Part shown: positions 37,444 through 48,315 of the stretch, in pieces
Layout: every line of letters starts with the position of its first letter
Position numbering within the stretch: position 1 is the first letter of the stretch
From: an uncultured Chloroflexia bacterium
GTDB taxonomy: Bacteria; Chloroflexota; Limnocylindria; Limnocylindrales; CSP1-4
DNA length: 64,000 bases
Assembly (NCBI GenBank): GCA_963713975.1
Contig: OY970218.1
Span: forward strand, 3,392,001-3,456,000
Direction: 5' to 3'
The notes under the pieces: generated by a model
Told to the model about the DNA's origin: nothing
Seen by the model: only the letters and a program-made list of their open reading frames with translations
Database searches by the model: none
Made by a program: the position numbers and the translations under genes

Positions 37444-38631
37444 ATGCGCGTCGCGCTCCTGATCGCCCTCAAGGACCTGCGCCAGCGGTTCCGGGATCGC
37501 ACGGCGCTCCTCGTGTCCGTCGCGGCGCCGCTGGGCCTCGCGGTGATCTTCAGCCAGCTGCTGGCCGGGACGACGGACTTCCACGCCACGTACGTCGTCT
37601 CGGACATGGACGGCGGCCAGCTGGCCCAGGTCCTTCGCCGGGACGTGATCGGCTCGCTCGAGGACGCCGGGGTCGCCGCCATCACCGACGCGCCGACGGA
37701 GACCGCCGCCCGCGCCGCCGTCGAGGACGGCACTGCCGACGCCGCGTTCCTGGTCCCGGCCGGGTTCACCCAGGCAATCCAGGCCGGGCAGGCCGTCACC
37801 CTCGAGGTGGTCGGCGCCCAGGATGCCGGTCTGGCGACCGAGATCGCGCGAGCTGTCGCCCAGCGCTTCGGGGACGGTGTCGTCACGGTGCAGCTGGCCA
37901 TGGCGACGGCGATCGACCTGCGGGGACCGCTGACGCCGGATCCCGCGTTCCAGGCCCGGATCCTGGCGGCCGCCTCGAGCGCGGCAGCGCCGATCGCCCT
38001 GGTGGACGAGACCGCCGAGCTCCGCCAGCTGACCCTGCCCGCCTACTTCTCGGCCTCGATGGCGATCCTGTTCCTGTTCTTCGCCGCCCAGATCGGGCTC
38101 GTGACCCTGTTCGAGGAGCGGCGCCAGGGCACCCTCGCGAGGATCCTGGCCGGACCCGTGCGCCCGTGGACCGTCCTCGCCGGCAAGACCATCGGCAGCT
38201 TCGTGTTGGGCGTCATCTCCATGGCGGTCCTGGTGATCGCGACCTCACTGCTGATCAACGCGGACTGGGGTCCACCGCTGGGCGTGATCCTGATGCTCGT
38301 GGCCGCGGTCGTTGCCGCGGTCGGGATCTCCACCCTGGTGATCTCGTTCACCCGGACGCCCGAAGCCGCCGGCGCCGCCAGCTCGGCGGTTGCGATCACC
38401 CTCGCCGTCCTGGGAGGCTCGTTCACCCCGACCGCGACGGCGCCCGACCTGATGTCGACGATCGCGCTCGCAACGCCGCATGGCTGGTTCATGCGCGGCC
38501 TGGCTGAGATGGCCGGACCGGCGGGTTCGGCTGCCGCGGCGCTGCCCGCGGTGGGAGTGCTGCTCGCGATGGGCCTGGTCACCGGGGGGATCGGCCTTGC
38601 CCGGGCCCGGCGACTGGTGAGCGTCCGATGA
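37444..38631 (+). CDS. ABC-2 transporter permease
   Basis: 'EERRQGTL.R', multiple TMs, follows the ATPase. Confidence 0.9.
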   Translation: MRVALLIALKDLRQRFRDRTALLVSVAAPLGLAVIFSQLLAGTTDFHATYVVSDMDGGQLAQVLRRDVIGSLEDAGVAAITDAPTETAARAAVEDGTADAAFLVPAGFTQAIQAGQAVTLEVVGAQDAGLATEIARAVAQRFGDGVVTVQLAMATAIDLRGPLTPDPAFQARILAAASSAAAPIALVDETAELRQLTLPAYFSASMAILFLFFAAQIGLVTLFEERRQGTLARILAGPVRPWTVLAGKTIGSFVLGVISMAVLVIATSLLINADWGPPLGVILMLVAAVVAAVGISTLVISFTRTPEAAGAASSAVAITLAVLGGSFTPTATAPDLMSTIALATPHGWFMRGLAEMAGPAGSAAAALPAVGVLLAMGLVTGGIGLARARRLVSVR

Positions 38632-39803
38632 TCCAGGTGCGAAAGGTCGGGGAGATTGGGAGGATCAACCTCGTCCGCCAGCTGCGGGACCGGGGCGACC
38701 TGTTCTTCGTGCTCGTCCTCCCCGTCATCATCATCATGGCCCTCGGGCTGCAATTCGGCGGCATGACGCGGGCGCGCCTGGGCGTCGTCGCGCCCACGGG
38801 CGACGCTGCCGCGGAGACCCTGGTCACGAGCCTTGCGGACGACACGACCCGGTTCGAGATCCGACGCGTCGAGGACCCCGCGACGCTCAAGGACCAGGTG
38901 GAGCGTGGCCAGGTGGAGGCCGGGCTCGTGATCCCGGACGGGTTCTCCGCGGCGCTCGGCGGGTCCACGCCGGTCGAGATCCGGTACCTGGGAACCAGTG
39001 ACGCCCTGACCGCAGGCCTGCAGGCGCCGGTCGAGGCCGCGATCGCACGCCTGGGCGCGATCACCACCGCCACCCGCGTCGTCGTTGCCGAGGGCCTGGG
39101 CGACTGGGACGCGGCTGCAGCCGCTGCCGAGTCCGGTTACGCGACGGTGCCGGGCGTCGAGGTGTCGGTGACCCTGGCCGGCGAGCCCGGCATCTTCGCC
39201 GGCTTCAGCCAGTTCACCTTCGGAGCGTCCACCCAGCTCGTCCTGTTCATGTTCCTGACGTCGATGACGGCCGCCGGCCGTCTCGTCCAGACCAAGCTCC
39301 TTGGCCTGTCACGACGGATGGTCTCGACGCCCACGTCGCCCTGGACGATCGTGACCGGCGAGGCGCTGGGCCGCTACCTCGTCGCGCTGCTCCAGGCCGC
39401 CGTCATCATCGCGGTCACGTCGGTGGTGTTCGGCGTGTCGTGGGGAGATCCACTGGCGGCGGGGGCACTCATCGCCGTGTTCGGGCTCGTGGCGGCGGGG
39501 GCGGCGATGCTCGTCGGCGCGTGGTCCCGGAACGCCGACCAGGCCTCGTCGCTGGGCGTCTTCGTGGGGCTCGCCCTCGGCGCGCTGGGTGGCTGCATGA
39601 TCCCCATCCAGATCATGCCGGACACCATGCAGGCGTTCGCGAAGCTGATCCCTCACTCGTGGGCGCTGCTCGGCCTGCAGTCCCTCGTGCGCGACGGCGG
39701 GGGGATCGACACCGTGACCACAAACCTTCTGGTGCTCGCCGGGTTCGCCGTGGTGCTCATGGGCCTCGCCGCCTGGCGGTTCCGCCGGACCATCGTCGGA
39801 TAG
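38628..39803 (+). CDS. ABC-2 transporter permease
   Basis: ATGA overlap; 'LGG..IP...MP...PHSWA'. Confidence 0.9.
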   Translation: MIQVRKVGEIGRINLVRQLRDRGDLFFVLVLPVIIIMALGLQFGGMTRARLGVVAPTGDAAAETLVTSLADDTTRFEIRRVEDPATLKDQVERGQVEAGLVIPDGFSAALGGSTPVEIRYLGTSDALTAGLQAPVEAAIARLGAITTATRVVVAEGLGDWDAAAAAAESGYATVPGVEVSVTLAGEPGIFAGFSQFTFGASTQLVLFMFLTSMTAAGRLVQTKLLGLSRRMVSTPTSPWTIVTGEALGRYLVALLQAAVIIAVTSVVFGVSWGDPLAAGALIAVFGLVAAGAAMLVGAWSRNADQASSLGVFVGLALGALGGCMIPIQIMPDTMQAFAKLIPHSWALLGLQSLVRDGGGIDTVTTNLLVLAGFAVVLMGLAAWRFRRTIVG

Positions 39804-39865
39804 GTTCGCGCCGGCGGGTTCGCGCCGGGCGCCGGCCCCGCGCCGCCGGTCGCGTCGCCCGGAAT

Positions 39866-40011
39866 GCCGCGCAGCGGTTCAACCGTCGGGTGAACTCCCG
39901 GTTCACCCGCCCAGCGGCACATCTGCCGGCTGTTGGGCTGATTCCGCCCAACGGATGTGCCCTCCAGCGGCGCAAACCGGGTCGCACCCGACCGTTCAGC
40001 CGGCCGGCGGC
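39866..40011 (+). repeat. Palindromic element family 1, copy D
   Basis: GCGGTTCAACCGTCGGGTGAAC..GCGGCACATCTG..GGATGTGCC..GCGGCGCAAACC..ACCCGACCGTT. Confidence 0.88.
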
Positions 40012-40179
40012 CGGCGGCGGCCCAGCCGGCCGGCGGCAGGCGGCGGCCCGCCGGCCCGGCGGGCTCCTCACGGGCCCGACCCGGACCCACGGGATCGACC
40101 GCTTGCGCCCCGACGTCACACCGAATATGCTTCGTGCCGCATTGACCATCTATCTGAACCTAAGGGCTGCTCCCCGCCT

Positions 40180-40647
40180 GTGAACCGCCAGACCCTCCTC
40201 GCCGAGCTGCTCGACGAGATCACCGCCCACTCACCCGCGACCGCGATGCACGCGATGCGTCATTGGCCGGCCGGCAGGTTGTCGCTGGTGCATCTCAACA
40301 TCCTGTTCCTGCTCGACGTGGAGGGCCCGATGCCGATGCGCTCCCTCGCCGAGGCCATGGACGTCTCCCAGGCCAGCGCCACCGGCATCGTCGACCGGAT
40401 GGAGCAGCGGGACCTGGTCGAGCGCCAGCGCGACGACGAGGACCGGCGGGTCGTCCGTGTCGCCCTGACGGCCGAGGGCAGCCGCCTCATCGCCGGGATG
40501 GCCGCGGAGCGCCGCGACCACCTCGCAGCATTCCTCGACGAGCTCACGGACGACGAGCTGAGTGGCTTCCTCGTCGGGGTCCGCGCCATGCGCCGCGCCC
40601 GCGAGCGCTGGCACGCCACCCTCGAGCACACCGAGCCGGCCCGATGA
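40180..40647 (+). CDS. MarR-family regulator
   Basis: 'LAEAMDVS.ASATGIVDRME...LVER.R...DRRVV.V.LT..G'. Confidence 0.92.
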   Translation: MNRQTLLAELLDEITAHSPATAMHAMRHWPAGRLSLVHLNILFLLDVEGPMPMRSLAEAMDVSQASATGIVDRMEQRDLVERQRDDEDRRVVRVALTAEGSRLIAGMAAERRDHLAAFLDELTDDELSGFLVGVRAMRRARERWHATLEHTEPAR

Positions 40648-42371
40648 TCCCCATCCTTCGGACGTACCTGCGGCCGTACAGCACGCCGATCGCGTTCGTG
40701 ATCGTCCTGCTGTTCATCCAGGCGATCGCGAACCTGTACCTGCCCGAGCTCAACGCGGACATCATCAACAACGGTGTCGCAAAGGGGGACACCGACTACA
40801 TCATCCAGACCGGCGGCCTGATGCTGGTCGTGACGTTCGCCCTGATGATCGCCGCGATCGTCGCCGTCTACTGGAGCGCCCGGATCTCGATGAGCTTCGG
40901 CCGTGACCTCCGCTCCGCGATCTTCCGCAAGGTCGAGACCTTCAGCCTCGTCGAGGTCAACCATTTCGGTGCCGCGAGCCTGATCACCCGTAACACCAAC
41001 GACGTCCAGCAGGTCCAGACGGTGGTCCTGATGGCGCTCAACATGATGATCATCGCGCCGATCATGATGGTCGGCGGTGTGATCATGGCCGTGCGCCAGG
41101 ACCCGCCACTGACGGCCATCCTGCTGGTCATCATCCCGATCATGGTCGCCCTCATCGCCGTGGTGATGAGGAAGGCCATCCCGCTGTTCCAGGCGATGCA
41201 GAAGAAGATCGACCGGATCAACCTCGTCATGCGGGAGACCCTCGCCGGCGTGCGCGTGATCCGGGCCTTCGTGCGCACGAAGCACGAGGAGGAGCGCTTC
41301 GACGTCGCCAGCCGCGACCTGATGGACACCGGCCTCCGGGTGAACCGCCTGTTCGCGATCACGATGCCGGCGCTGATGCTGATCATGAACCTGAGCACGG
41401 TGGCGGTCCTGTGGCTGGGCGCCTACCGCGTCGACAGCGGCGAGATGCCGATCGGCAACCTGACCGCGTTCCTCCAGTACATCAGCCTGATCCTGTTCTC
41501 GATGATGACCGCGGTGATCATGTTCGTGATGGTCCCGCGTGCCGCGGTCTCCGGCGGCCGCATCGCCGAGGTGCTCGAGACCGAGCCCTCGATCTGGGAC
41601 CCGGACGTACCCGTGTCACCGGCGCGCGGCGGCCGCGTCGAGTTCCGCGACGTCACCTTCGGCTACCCGGGGGCGGAGGAGCCGGTTCTCCGGAACATCT
41701 CCTTCACGGCGAGCCCGGGAGAGACGGTGGCCATCGTCGGGTCCACCGGCAGCGGCAAGTCCACCCTCATCAACCTGCTCCCGCGCTTCTACGACGCGAC
41801 CGGCGGCACGGTGATGGTCGACGGCGTCGACATCCGGACGATGGACCGCCTGGACCTGTGGAAGCGGATCGGCATGGTCCCGCAACGGGCCTTCCTGTTC
41901 GGCGGAACGATCGCCAGCAACCTGCGCTACGGCCACGAGGACGCCACGGACGACGAGATGTGGCGCTACCTGGACATCGCCCAGGGCCGCGAGTTCGTGG
42001 AGGAGATCCCGGAGGGCCTCGAGGCGCCCATCGCCCAGGGCGGCACCAACGTGTCGGGTGGCCAGCGGCAGCGGCTCGCCATCGCCAGGGCGCTCGCCAA
42101 GCGTCCCGAGATCTTCGTCTTCGACGACAGCTTCTCCGCCCTCGACTTCCGGACGGACGCACGCCTCAGGGCCGCGCTGGCCCGGGAGCTGGCGGACGCG
42201 ACGGTGATCATCGTCGCCCAGCGCGTGGGCACGATCCTCCACGCCGACCGGATCGTCGTCCTCGAGGACGGCGTGGTGGCGGGGATCGGCACCCACGACG
42301 AGCTGATGCAGACCTGCGCGACGTACCGCGAGATCGTCCTGTCCCAGGTGACCGAGGAGGAGGTCGCATGA
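40644..42371 (+). CDS. Heterodimeric multidrug ABC exporter, subunit 1
   Basis: 'SLITR.TND', GSTGSGKS, VSGGQ, degenerate FDDSFSALD. Confidence 0.93.
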   Translation: MIPILRTYLRPYSTPIAFVIVLLFIQAIANLYLPELNADIINNGVAKGDTDYIIQTGGLMLVVTFALMIAAIVAVYWSARISMSFGRDLRSAIFRKVETFSLVEVNHFGAASLITRNTNDVQQVQTVVLMALNMMIIAPIMMVGGVIMAVRQDPPLTAILLVIIPIMVALIAVVMRKAIPLFQAMQKKIDRINLVMRETLAGVRVIRAFVRTKHEEERFDVASRDLMDTGLRVNRLFAITMPALMLIMNLSTVAVLWLGAYRVDSGEMPIGNLTAFLQYISLILFSMMTAVIMFVMVPRAAVSGGRIAEVLETEPSIWDPDVPVSPARGGRVEFRDVTFGYPGAEEPVLRNISFTASPGETVAIVGSTGSGKSTLINLLPRFYDATGGTVMVDGVDIRTMDRLDLWKRIGMVPQRAFLFGGTIASNLRYGHEDATDDEMWRYLDIAQGREFVEEIPEGLEAPIAQGGTNVSGGQRQRLAIARALAKRPEIFVFDDSFSALDFRTDARLRAALARELADATVIIVAQRVGTILHADRIVVLEDGVVAGIGTHDELMQTCATYREIVLSQVTEEEVA

Positions 42372-44392
42372 GCGGCCCGACCGGTCGGCCTGGCGGTGCT
42401 CCCAGCGGCGCCGGCGGTGGCACGGGCAGGCCCGGCAGTCGTCCGCCGGGCGGGCCGGGGCCCGGGGGCGGGCCGCCCCACATGGGGATGATGATGCCCA
42501 CGGCGAAGGCGCGGAGCTTCCGCGTCTCGTTCGGGCGGCTGATGCGTGAGCTCGGACCCGAGCGGCCCCTGGTGGCGATCGTGGTCGTGCTGGGCGTCAT
42601 CAGCGTCTTCCTCGCGATCATCGGCCCCAAGATCCTGGGCGAGGCCACCAACGTCATCTTCAACGGCGTCGTGGGCGAGCAGCTGGGCGCGATGGGATAC
42701 GCCGGCGTGCCCAAGGACCAGATCGTCGCCGGATTGCAGGCACAGGGGCAGACGAACTTCGCCGACATGCTCGCGAGCATGAACGTGATCCCCGGCGTGG
42801 GCATCGACTTCACGCTCCTCGCCCAGATCCTCCTGCTGGCCGCGGGGGTCTACATCCTGAGCTCGATCTTCTCGTGGGCGCAGGCATGGATCATGGCCGG
42901 CGTCACCCAGCGAACCGTGTACCGGCTCCGGGAGCGCGTCGACCTCAAGCTCGGCCGCCTCCCGCTCGCCTACTTCGACCGGGAGTCCCGCGGCGACATC
43001 CTGTCGCGCGTCACCAACGACATCGACAACATCAGTCAGACGCTCCAGCAGAGCCTGACCCAGCTGATCACGGCGGCGCTCACCGTGGTGGGCGTCCTGA
43101 TCATGATGCTGACGATCAGCCCGCTCCTGGCCGTGATCTCGCTGCTAGCGGTGCCGGCCTCAATCCTCGTGACCGTGCTCATCGCGAAGCGGTCCCAGGT
43201 CCAGTTCGCGGCCCAGTGGGACCGGACCGGAGCCCTCACCGGCCACGTCGAGGAGATGCATACCGGACATTCCATCGTGAAGCTGTTCGGCCGGCAGGAA
43301 GAGGCCATCGCGGACTTCGACGCGCTCAACGAGGAGCTCTACCAGGCGAGCTACCGGGCGCAGTTCCTGTCCGGGATGATCCAGCCGGCCATGAGCTTCA
43401 TCTCGAACCTCAACTATGTGGCCATCGCCGTCATCGGCGGGGTGCAGGTCGCCAACGGGCAGATGAGCCTCGGGGACGTGCAGGCGTTCATCCAGTACTC
43501 GCGCCAGTTCACCTTCCCGATCATCCAGGTCGCCTCGATCATCAACGTGCTCCAGAGCGCGGTCGCCTCCGCGGAGCGCGTGTTCGAGCTGCTCGACGAG
43601 CCGGAGGAGATCCCGGATCCGGTGACGCCGCGGGTGCTCCAGGAGCCGGCCACGGGCCGCGTGACCTTCGAGGGCATCGCCTTCCGCTACCTGCCCGACA
43701 AGCCGCTCATCGACGACCTGTCGCTCGTGGTGGAGCCCGGACAGACGGTGGCGATTGTGGGACCGACCGGTGCCGGCAAGACCACCCTGGTCAACCTGCT
43801 GATGCGGTTCTACGACGTGGATGGTGGGCGGATCACCGTGGATGGCATCGAGACACGGGAGCTGACGCGGGACAACCTGCGCCGGACGTTCGGCATGGTC
43901 CTCCAGGACGCGTGGCTGTTCAACGGCACCATCCGCGAGAACATCGAGTACGGCGCCGAGTCGTCCGTCCCCGAGGCCGCCTTCCACGAGGCGGTCGACG
44001 CGGCCCACGTGGACCACTTCGTCCGTACGCTGCCCGACGGCTACGAGACCGTGCTCGACGACGACGCGACGAACGTCTCCGCGGGCGAGAAGCAGCTGCT
44101 CACCATCGCCCGTGCCTTCCTCGCCGACCCGCCGATCCTGATCCTGGACGAGGCGACCTCTTCCGTGGACACGCGGACCGAGGTGCTCATCCAGCGCGCG
44201 ATGGCCCGGCTGATGCGCGGCCGGACGTCGTTCGTGATCGCGCACCGCCTGTCCACGATCCGCGATGCTGACCTGATCCTCGTCATGGACGAGGGCACGA
44301 TCGTGGAGCAGGGCACGCACGAGGAGCTGCTGGCGGCCAACGGCTTCTACCACGAGCTCTACGCGAGCCAGTTCGAGGAGGCCGTGGCCTAA
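42368..44392 (+). CDS. Heterodimeric multidrug ABC exporter, subunit 2
   Basis: GPTGAGKT, SAGEKQ, LDEATSSVD, AHRLSTI. Confidence 0.93.
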   Translation: MSGPTGRPGGAPSGAGGGTGRPGSRPPGGPGPGGGPPHMGMMMPTAKARSFRVSFGRLMRELGPERPLVAIVVVLGVISVFLAIIGPKILGEATNVIFNGVVGEQLGAMGYAGVPKDQIVAGLQAQGQTNFADMLASMNVIPGVGIDFTLLAQILLLAAGVYILSSIFSWAQAWIMAGVTQRTVYRLRERVDLKLGRLPLAYFDRESRGDILSRVTNDIDNISQTLQQSLTQLITAALTVVGVLIMMLTISPLLAVISLLAVPASILVTVLIAKRSQVQFAAQWDRTGALTGHVEEMHTGHSIVKLFGRQEEAIADFDALNEELYQASYRAQFLSGMIQPAMSFISNLNYVAIAVIGGVQVANGQMSLGDVQAFIQYSRQFTFPIIQVASIINVLQSAVASAERVFELLDEPEEIPDPVTPRVLQEPATGRVTFEGIAFRYLPDKPLIDDLSLVVEPGQTVAIVGPTGAGKTTLVNLLMRFYDVDGGRITVDGIETRELTRDNLRRTFGMVLQDAWLFNGTIRENIEYGAESSVPEAAFHEAVDAAHVDHFVRTLPDGYETVLDDDATNVSAGEKQLLTIARAFLADPPILILDEATSSVDTRTEVLIQRAMARLMRGRTSFVIAHRLSTIRDADLILVMDEGTIVEQGTHEELLAANGFYHELYASQFEEAVA

Positions 44393-44569
44393 GGTGCGGC
44401 GTTCCCGGTGACCGCCGGTCGGGCCCGGCGACCCGCTCCATCGGGCGCAGCGGCCCTGTCTCGCCCCGCTTGAACGCACGCACGATCGGGACGTCGCGTT
44501 CGACCGGCCGCGAGGCCGGCGCATCGGAATGCCCCGCGGCACCGAACCACGCGACCGCAGGGGACCCGC

Positions 44570-45475
44570 ATGACCAACCTCGTGATCGAGGCCGCCGGCC
44601 TCACCAAGTTCTACGGCTCCCGCAGGGGCGTCGAGGACGTAGCGTTCGATGTCGCGGAGGGCGAGGCCTTCGGCTTCCTGGGTCCCAACGGCGCCGGCAA
44701 GACGACCACGATCCGCCTCCTTCTGGGGTTCCTGCGCGCAACGGGCGGCACGGCGAGGCTCTTCGGCGAGGGTGCGTTCACGAACGCCGCGCGCCTGCAC
44801 CGGAACGTGGCCTACCTGGGCAGCGATCCCGGGTTCCTCGGCGAGCTCACGAGTGCTCAACAGCTGGACTACCTCGCGGAGCTCCGCGGACTTCCCCGCG
44901 GATGCTGGAAGCAGCTCGCGGAGCGCCTGGAGCTGGATCCTGCCGTCCGCATCCGCAAGCTCAGCCGGGGCAATCGCCAGAAGATCGGCGTGGTGGCGGC
45001 GTTCATGGGCCGGGAGCCCCTGATCATCCTGGACGAGCCCACCAGCGGCCTCGATCCCCTCATGCAGCGCGAGTTCCTCGCCCTGCTCGCCGAGGTGCGC
45101 GAGACCGGGCGCACCGTCTTCCTGTCGAGCCACAACCTGGTGGAGGTGGAGCGGGCCTGCGACCGGGTGGCGATCATCCGGGACGGCCGGATCGCGGAGA
45201 TCAGCAACGTCGCCGAGCTCCTCGGTTCGCACTGGCGCTCGATCAACCTGGTCCTCGCCTCACCCGCCACGCCTGCCGATTTCGACCTTCCGAACGTCGA
45301 GGTCGCCGCCCTCACCGGCCGCGAGGTGCACCTCATGGTCCGCGGCGACATCAACCCGCTGCTCACGCGGATCGCCGCCCACCGGGTGACCGACATCGCG
45401 ATCACCACGCCGGACGTGGAGGATCTCTTCCTCCGCCAGTACCGCGCCGATGCCTCCGAGGAGGTGCGGGCATGA
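44570..45475 (+). CDS. ABC transporter ATP-binding protein
   Basis: GPNGAGKT, LSRGN, LDEPTSG. Confidence 0.92.
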   Translation: MTNLVIEAAGLTKFYGSRRGVEDVAFDVAEGEAFGFLGPNGAGKTTTIRLLLGFLRATGGTARLFGEGAFTNAARLHRNVAYLGSDPGFLGELTSAQQLDYLAELRGLPRGCWKQLAERLELDPAVRIRKLSRGNRQKIGVVAAFMGREPLIILDEPTSGLDPLMQREFLALLAEVRETGRTVFLSSHNLVEVERACDRVAIIRDGRIAEISNVAELLGSHWRSINLVLASPATPADFDLPNVEVAALTGREVHLMVRGDINPLLTRIAAHRVTDIAITTPDVEDLFLRQYRADASEEVRA

Positions 45476-46266
45476 CCGCGTTCCGGATGGAGCTGCGACG
45501 CAATCGGTCACTCATGCTCTGGCTTGGCGTGACCATGGCGGCATACGGCGCCGTGATGGCCGCCATGTATCCGGTGATGGTCGAGAACGACAAGCTGTTC
45601 ACGGACTACATGGAGACGTTCCCGCAGGAGTTCCTCGCGGCCTTCGGCATGACGGGCTCGCTGTCCGACCCGGGCGTCTTCTACACCACCTACATCTCGT
45701 CCTGGCTGTGGCCGATCATGGCCGCCGTCGTTGCCCTCATGATCGGGACACGGGTGGCGGTTGACCTGGACCGCGGCTTCCTCGACCTGCCGCTGGCCAC
45801 GCCGATCTCGCGCGTCAGCTACCTCGCGGCCTCGATCGCTGGCCAGGCCATCGCGATGGCGGCGCTCGCCGTGGCGACCGTCGGCGGGCTGTGGGTCATG
45901 GGACAGCTCGTGGGAGCCGGGTTCGATGCCGGCCGCTTCGCCCTCGCCGGGGTGCTGTCGTGGCTGTTCGGGTGCGCGATCGCCGGGGTCACCACGCTGC
46001 TGGCAGTGCTGACGCTCAGCCGCGGGCGGGCGTCGGGGATCGTCGCCGGCATCCTGGTCGCGATGTACCTCGTGTTCGTCGTCACGCAGATCAGCACGGA
46101 CCTGGTCTGGCTTGCCCCGCTGTCCGCGTGGGACCACTTCCGGACCACGGAGCTGATCGACCAGGGCACCCTGCCGCTGGGCGACATCGGGCTGTTCATC
46201 GTGGTCGGGTTGGCGGGATGGATCGGGGCAGTGGTGGCGTTCCGCAGGAGGGACCTCGCCGCCTGA
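45472..46266 (+). CDS. ABC-2 transporter permease
   Basis: 'DRG.LDL.LA.P.SR','AFRRRDL'. Confidence 0.9.
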   Translation: MTAFRMELRRNRSLMLWLGVTMAAYGAVMAAMYPVMVENDKLFTDYMETFPQEFLAAFGMTGSLSDPGVFYTTYISSWLWPIMAAVVALMIGTRVAVDLDRGFLDLPLATPISRVSYLAASIAGQAIAMAALAVATVGGLWVMGQLVGAGFDAGRFALAGVLSWLFGCAIAGVTTLLAVLTLSRGRASGIVAGILVAMYLVFVVTQISTDLVWLAPLSAWDHFRTTELIDQGTLPLGDIGLFIVVGLAGWIGAVVAFRRRDLAA

Positions 46267-46289
46267 CGGACGGGCGCTACCTGGGGGGC

Positions 46290-48281
46290 TCAGCCGGCGA
46301 GGGCAGCCTCGATCACGGACAGGATCCCGTCGCCGTACTTGTCGAGCTTGGCCGGTCCCATGCCCTTCACACGGCGCAGGCCGGCCATGGTCCGCGGCCG
46401 GGTCTCCGCGATCGCGAGCAGCGTGGCGTCGTGGGCAACGACGTAGGGTGGCACCTGCTCCCTGCGGGCGATCTCCAGCCGCCAGGCCCGGAGCGCCTCG
46501 AACACGGGGTCGTCCGAATCGCTGCGACGACGGACTCGCTCGACCGCGGGCGGGCCCGCGAGGGTCGTGATCGTCGTCCCCGGACGCGGTCGCAGGTCAA
46601 GCAGGAAGCGGCTTGGCTGCCGGCGGCCGTCGCGTCCGCGGTTCTCGCGCCGTTCCGCCCACGACAGGGCGAGATGCTCGCGGGCCCGGGTGATCCCCAC
46701 GTAGAGGAGACGACGCTCCTCGGCCACCGCGGCCTCATCGTCCTTCGCCTGGCGGATGGGCAGGATCCCCTCCTCCAGCGATGGCAGGAAGACCGCATCC
46801 CACTCAAGACCCTTGGCGCGGTGATACGTGAGCAGGTTGACGCCGTCGGCCGAGCCCTCCCGCTCGTGGGCGGCGCGCCTCTCGAGCTCGGCGACGATCG
46901 CCGCGGCATCGACCGTGAGGCCGCCCTCGGATACCGCGTCGACGATCGCGAGCAGCGTTTCCAGCGATGCCTGGCGCTCGCGGGCCTCATCCCCGTCGGG
47001 AGCCCCGTCCTCCTCGTACCCCACCACCTGCGTCCAGCGTTCCCGGACCGCGGCGGGGAGGTCCGGTCCCATGGCCGCGATGGCCGGCCGCCGCAGGCTC
47101 GCGACCGCCGAGCGAACCTCGGGCCGGTCGTAGAACCGCATGCCGCGCACCTGGTAGGCGATGCCGGCGCGCGTCAGCGCCTCCTCGATCGGCGCCAGCT
47201 GGGCGTTCATCCTGACGAGGACGGCGACCTCCGCGGGTGCGGTCCCCCCCGCAATCCGGTCACGGATACCCGCCACCAGGGACTCGAGCTCGGCGGCGGC
47301 CGTCCGGTGCCGCCCGATCGTGGGGACGGGGCCGTCGCCGCGGGTCGGGACCAGGCGTTTGGTGCGGCCGTCGGCGGCGATCAGCCGGTTGGCGAGGTCG
47401 AGCACCTGCGGCGTGGAGCGGTAGTTGCGGACCAGCGAGATGGCGGTTGCACCCGACCAGCGATCCGCGAACGAGGTCAGGAACGCCGACGAGGCACCGG
47501 TGAACGCGTAGATCGTCTGGTCTTCGTCCCCTACCACGCACAGGTCCCGACGGTCCCCCACCCACAGCTCCAGCAGCCGCTCCTGGAGGGGGTTCGTGTC
47601 CTGGTACTCGTCCACGCTGAACCAGCGCTTGCGGGCGCGGATGGTCTCCGCCGCCTCCTCGTCCGTCTCGAGCAGGGCAACCGTCTCGAGCAGGAGGTCA
47701 TCGAAGTCGATCCGGTTGGCCTTGGCCTTCGCGCGCTCGTAGCCGTCGTAGATGTGGACGAAGAGGTCGACCGGGATCGGGGGCTCCCGGTCCGTGGCCT
47801 TGCGTCCGTACTGGCCGGGCAGGATACGCCGGGACTTCGCCCACTCGATCTCGTCCGCCAGGTCCTTCGCTGGGGTGAACCGGTAGTGGCCGGGGAGCTG
47901 GCGGGCGAGCCGGCCGAGGATCGGCGTCTTGGAGTCCAGGAGGACCGGCAGCGGTTCGCCGTCGTGGCGCAGCGGCCAGAAGAAGCGGAGCTGGGAGAGG
48001 GCGTGGGCGTGGAACGTACGCGCCGTGACCCCCCGGAGACCGAGGTCCCTCAGTCGTCCAACCATCTCGCCGGCTGCCTTGTCCGTGAACGTCACGACCA
48101 GCACCTCGTCCGCCGGGACGACGGCGGTGGCGATCGCATACGCCGTCCGGCGGCTGATCACGCGCGTCTTGCCGCTGCCGGCACCCGCGAGGATCGCGAC
48201 CGGGCCGCTCGTCGCGAGCACCGCCTCGCGCTGCTCCGGGTCAAGGTCGGCGAGAAGGGCGTCGGGATCGAGAGATGGCAC
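46290..48281 (-). CDS. uvrD2: ATP-dependent DNA helicase UvrD2 with a C-terminal HRDC domain
   Basis: AGAGSGKT, VDEYQD, NYRS, 'H.AKGLEW','EERRL.YVG.TRA', HRDC 'LRAWR...A....VPPYVV.HDATL'. Confidence 0.93.
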   Translation of the reverse strand: MPSLDPDALLADLDPEQREAVLATSGPVAILAGAGSGKTRVISRRTAYAIATAVVPADEVLVVTFTDKAAGEMVGRLRDLGLRGVTARTFHAHALSQLRFFWPLRHDGEPLPVLLDSKTPILGRLARQLPGHYRFTPAKDLADEIEWAKSRRILPGQYGRKATDREPPIPVDLFVHIYDGYERAKAKANRIDFDDLLLETVALLETDEEAAETIRARKRWFSVDEYQDTNPLQERLLELWVGDRRDLCVVGDEDQTIYAFTGASSAFLTSFADRWSGATAISLVRNYRSTPQVLDLANRLIAADGRTKRLVPTRGDGPVPTIGRHRTAAAELESLVAGIRDRIAGGTAPAEVAVLVRMNAQLAPIEEALTRAGIAYQVRGMRFYDRPEVRSAVASLRRPAIAAMGPDLPAAVRERWTQVVGYEEDGAPDGDEARERQASLETLLAIVDAVSEGGLTVDAAAIVAELERRAAHEREGSADGVNLLTYHRAKGLEWDAVFLPSLEEGILPIRQAKDDEAAVAEERRLLYVGITRAREHLALSWAERRENRGRDGRRQPSRFLLDLRPRPGTTITTLAGPPAVERVRRRSDSDDPVFEALRAWRLEIARREQVPPYVVAHDATLLAIAETRPRTMAGLRRVKGMGPAKLDKYGDGILSVIEAALAG

Positions 48282-48315
48282 AAGATGAGGCTAGCAGGGC
48301 CGGCTTGCCCGCGGC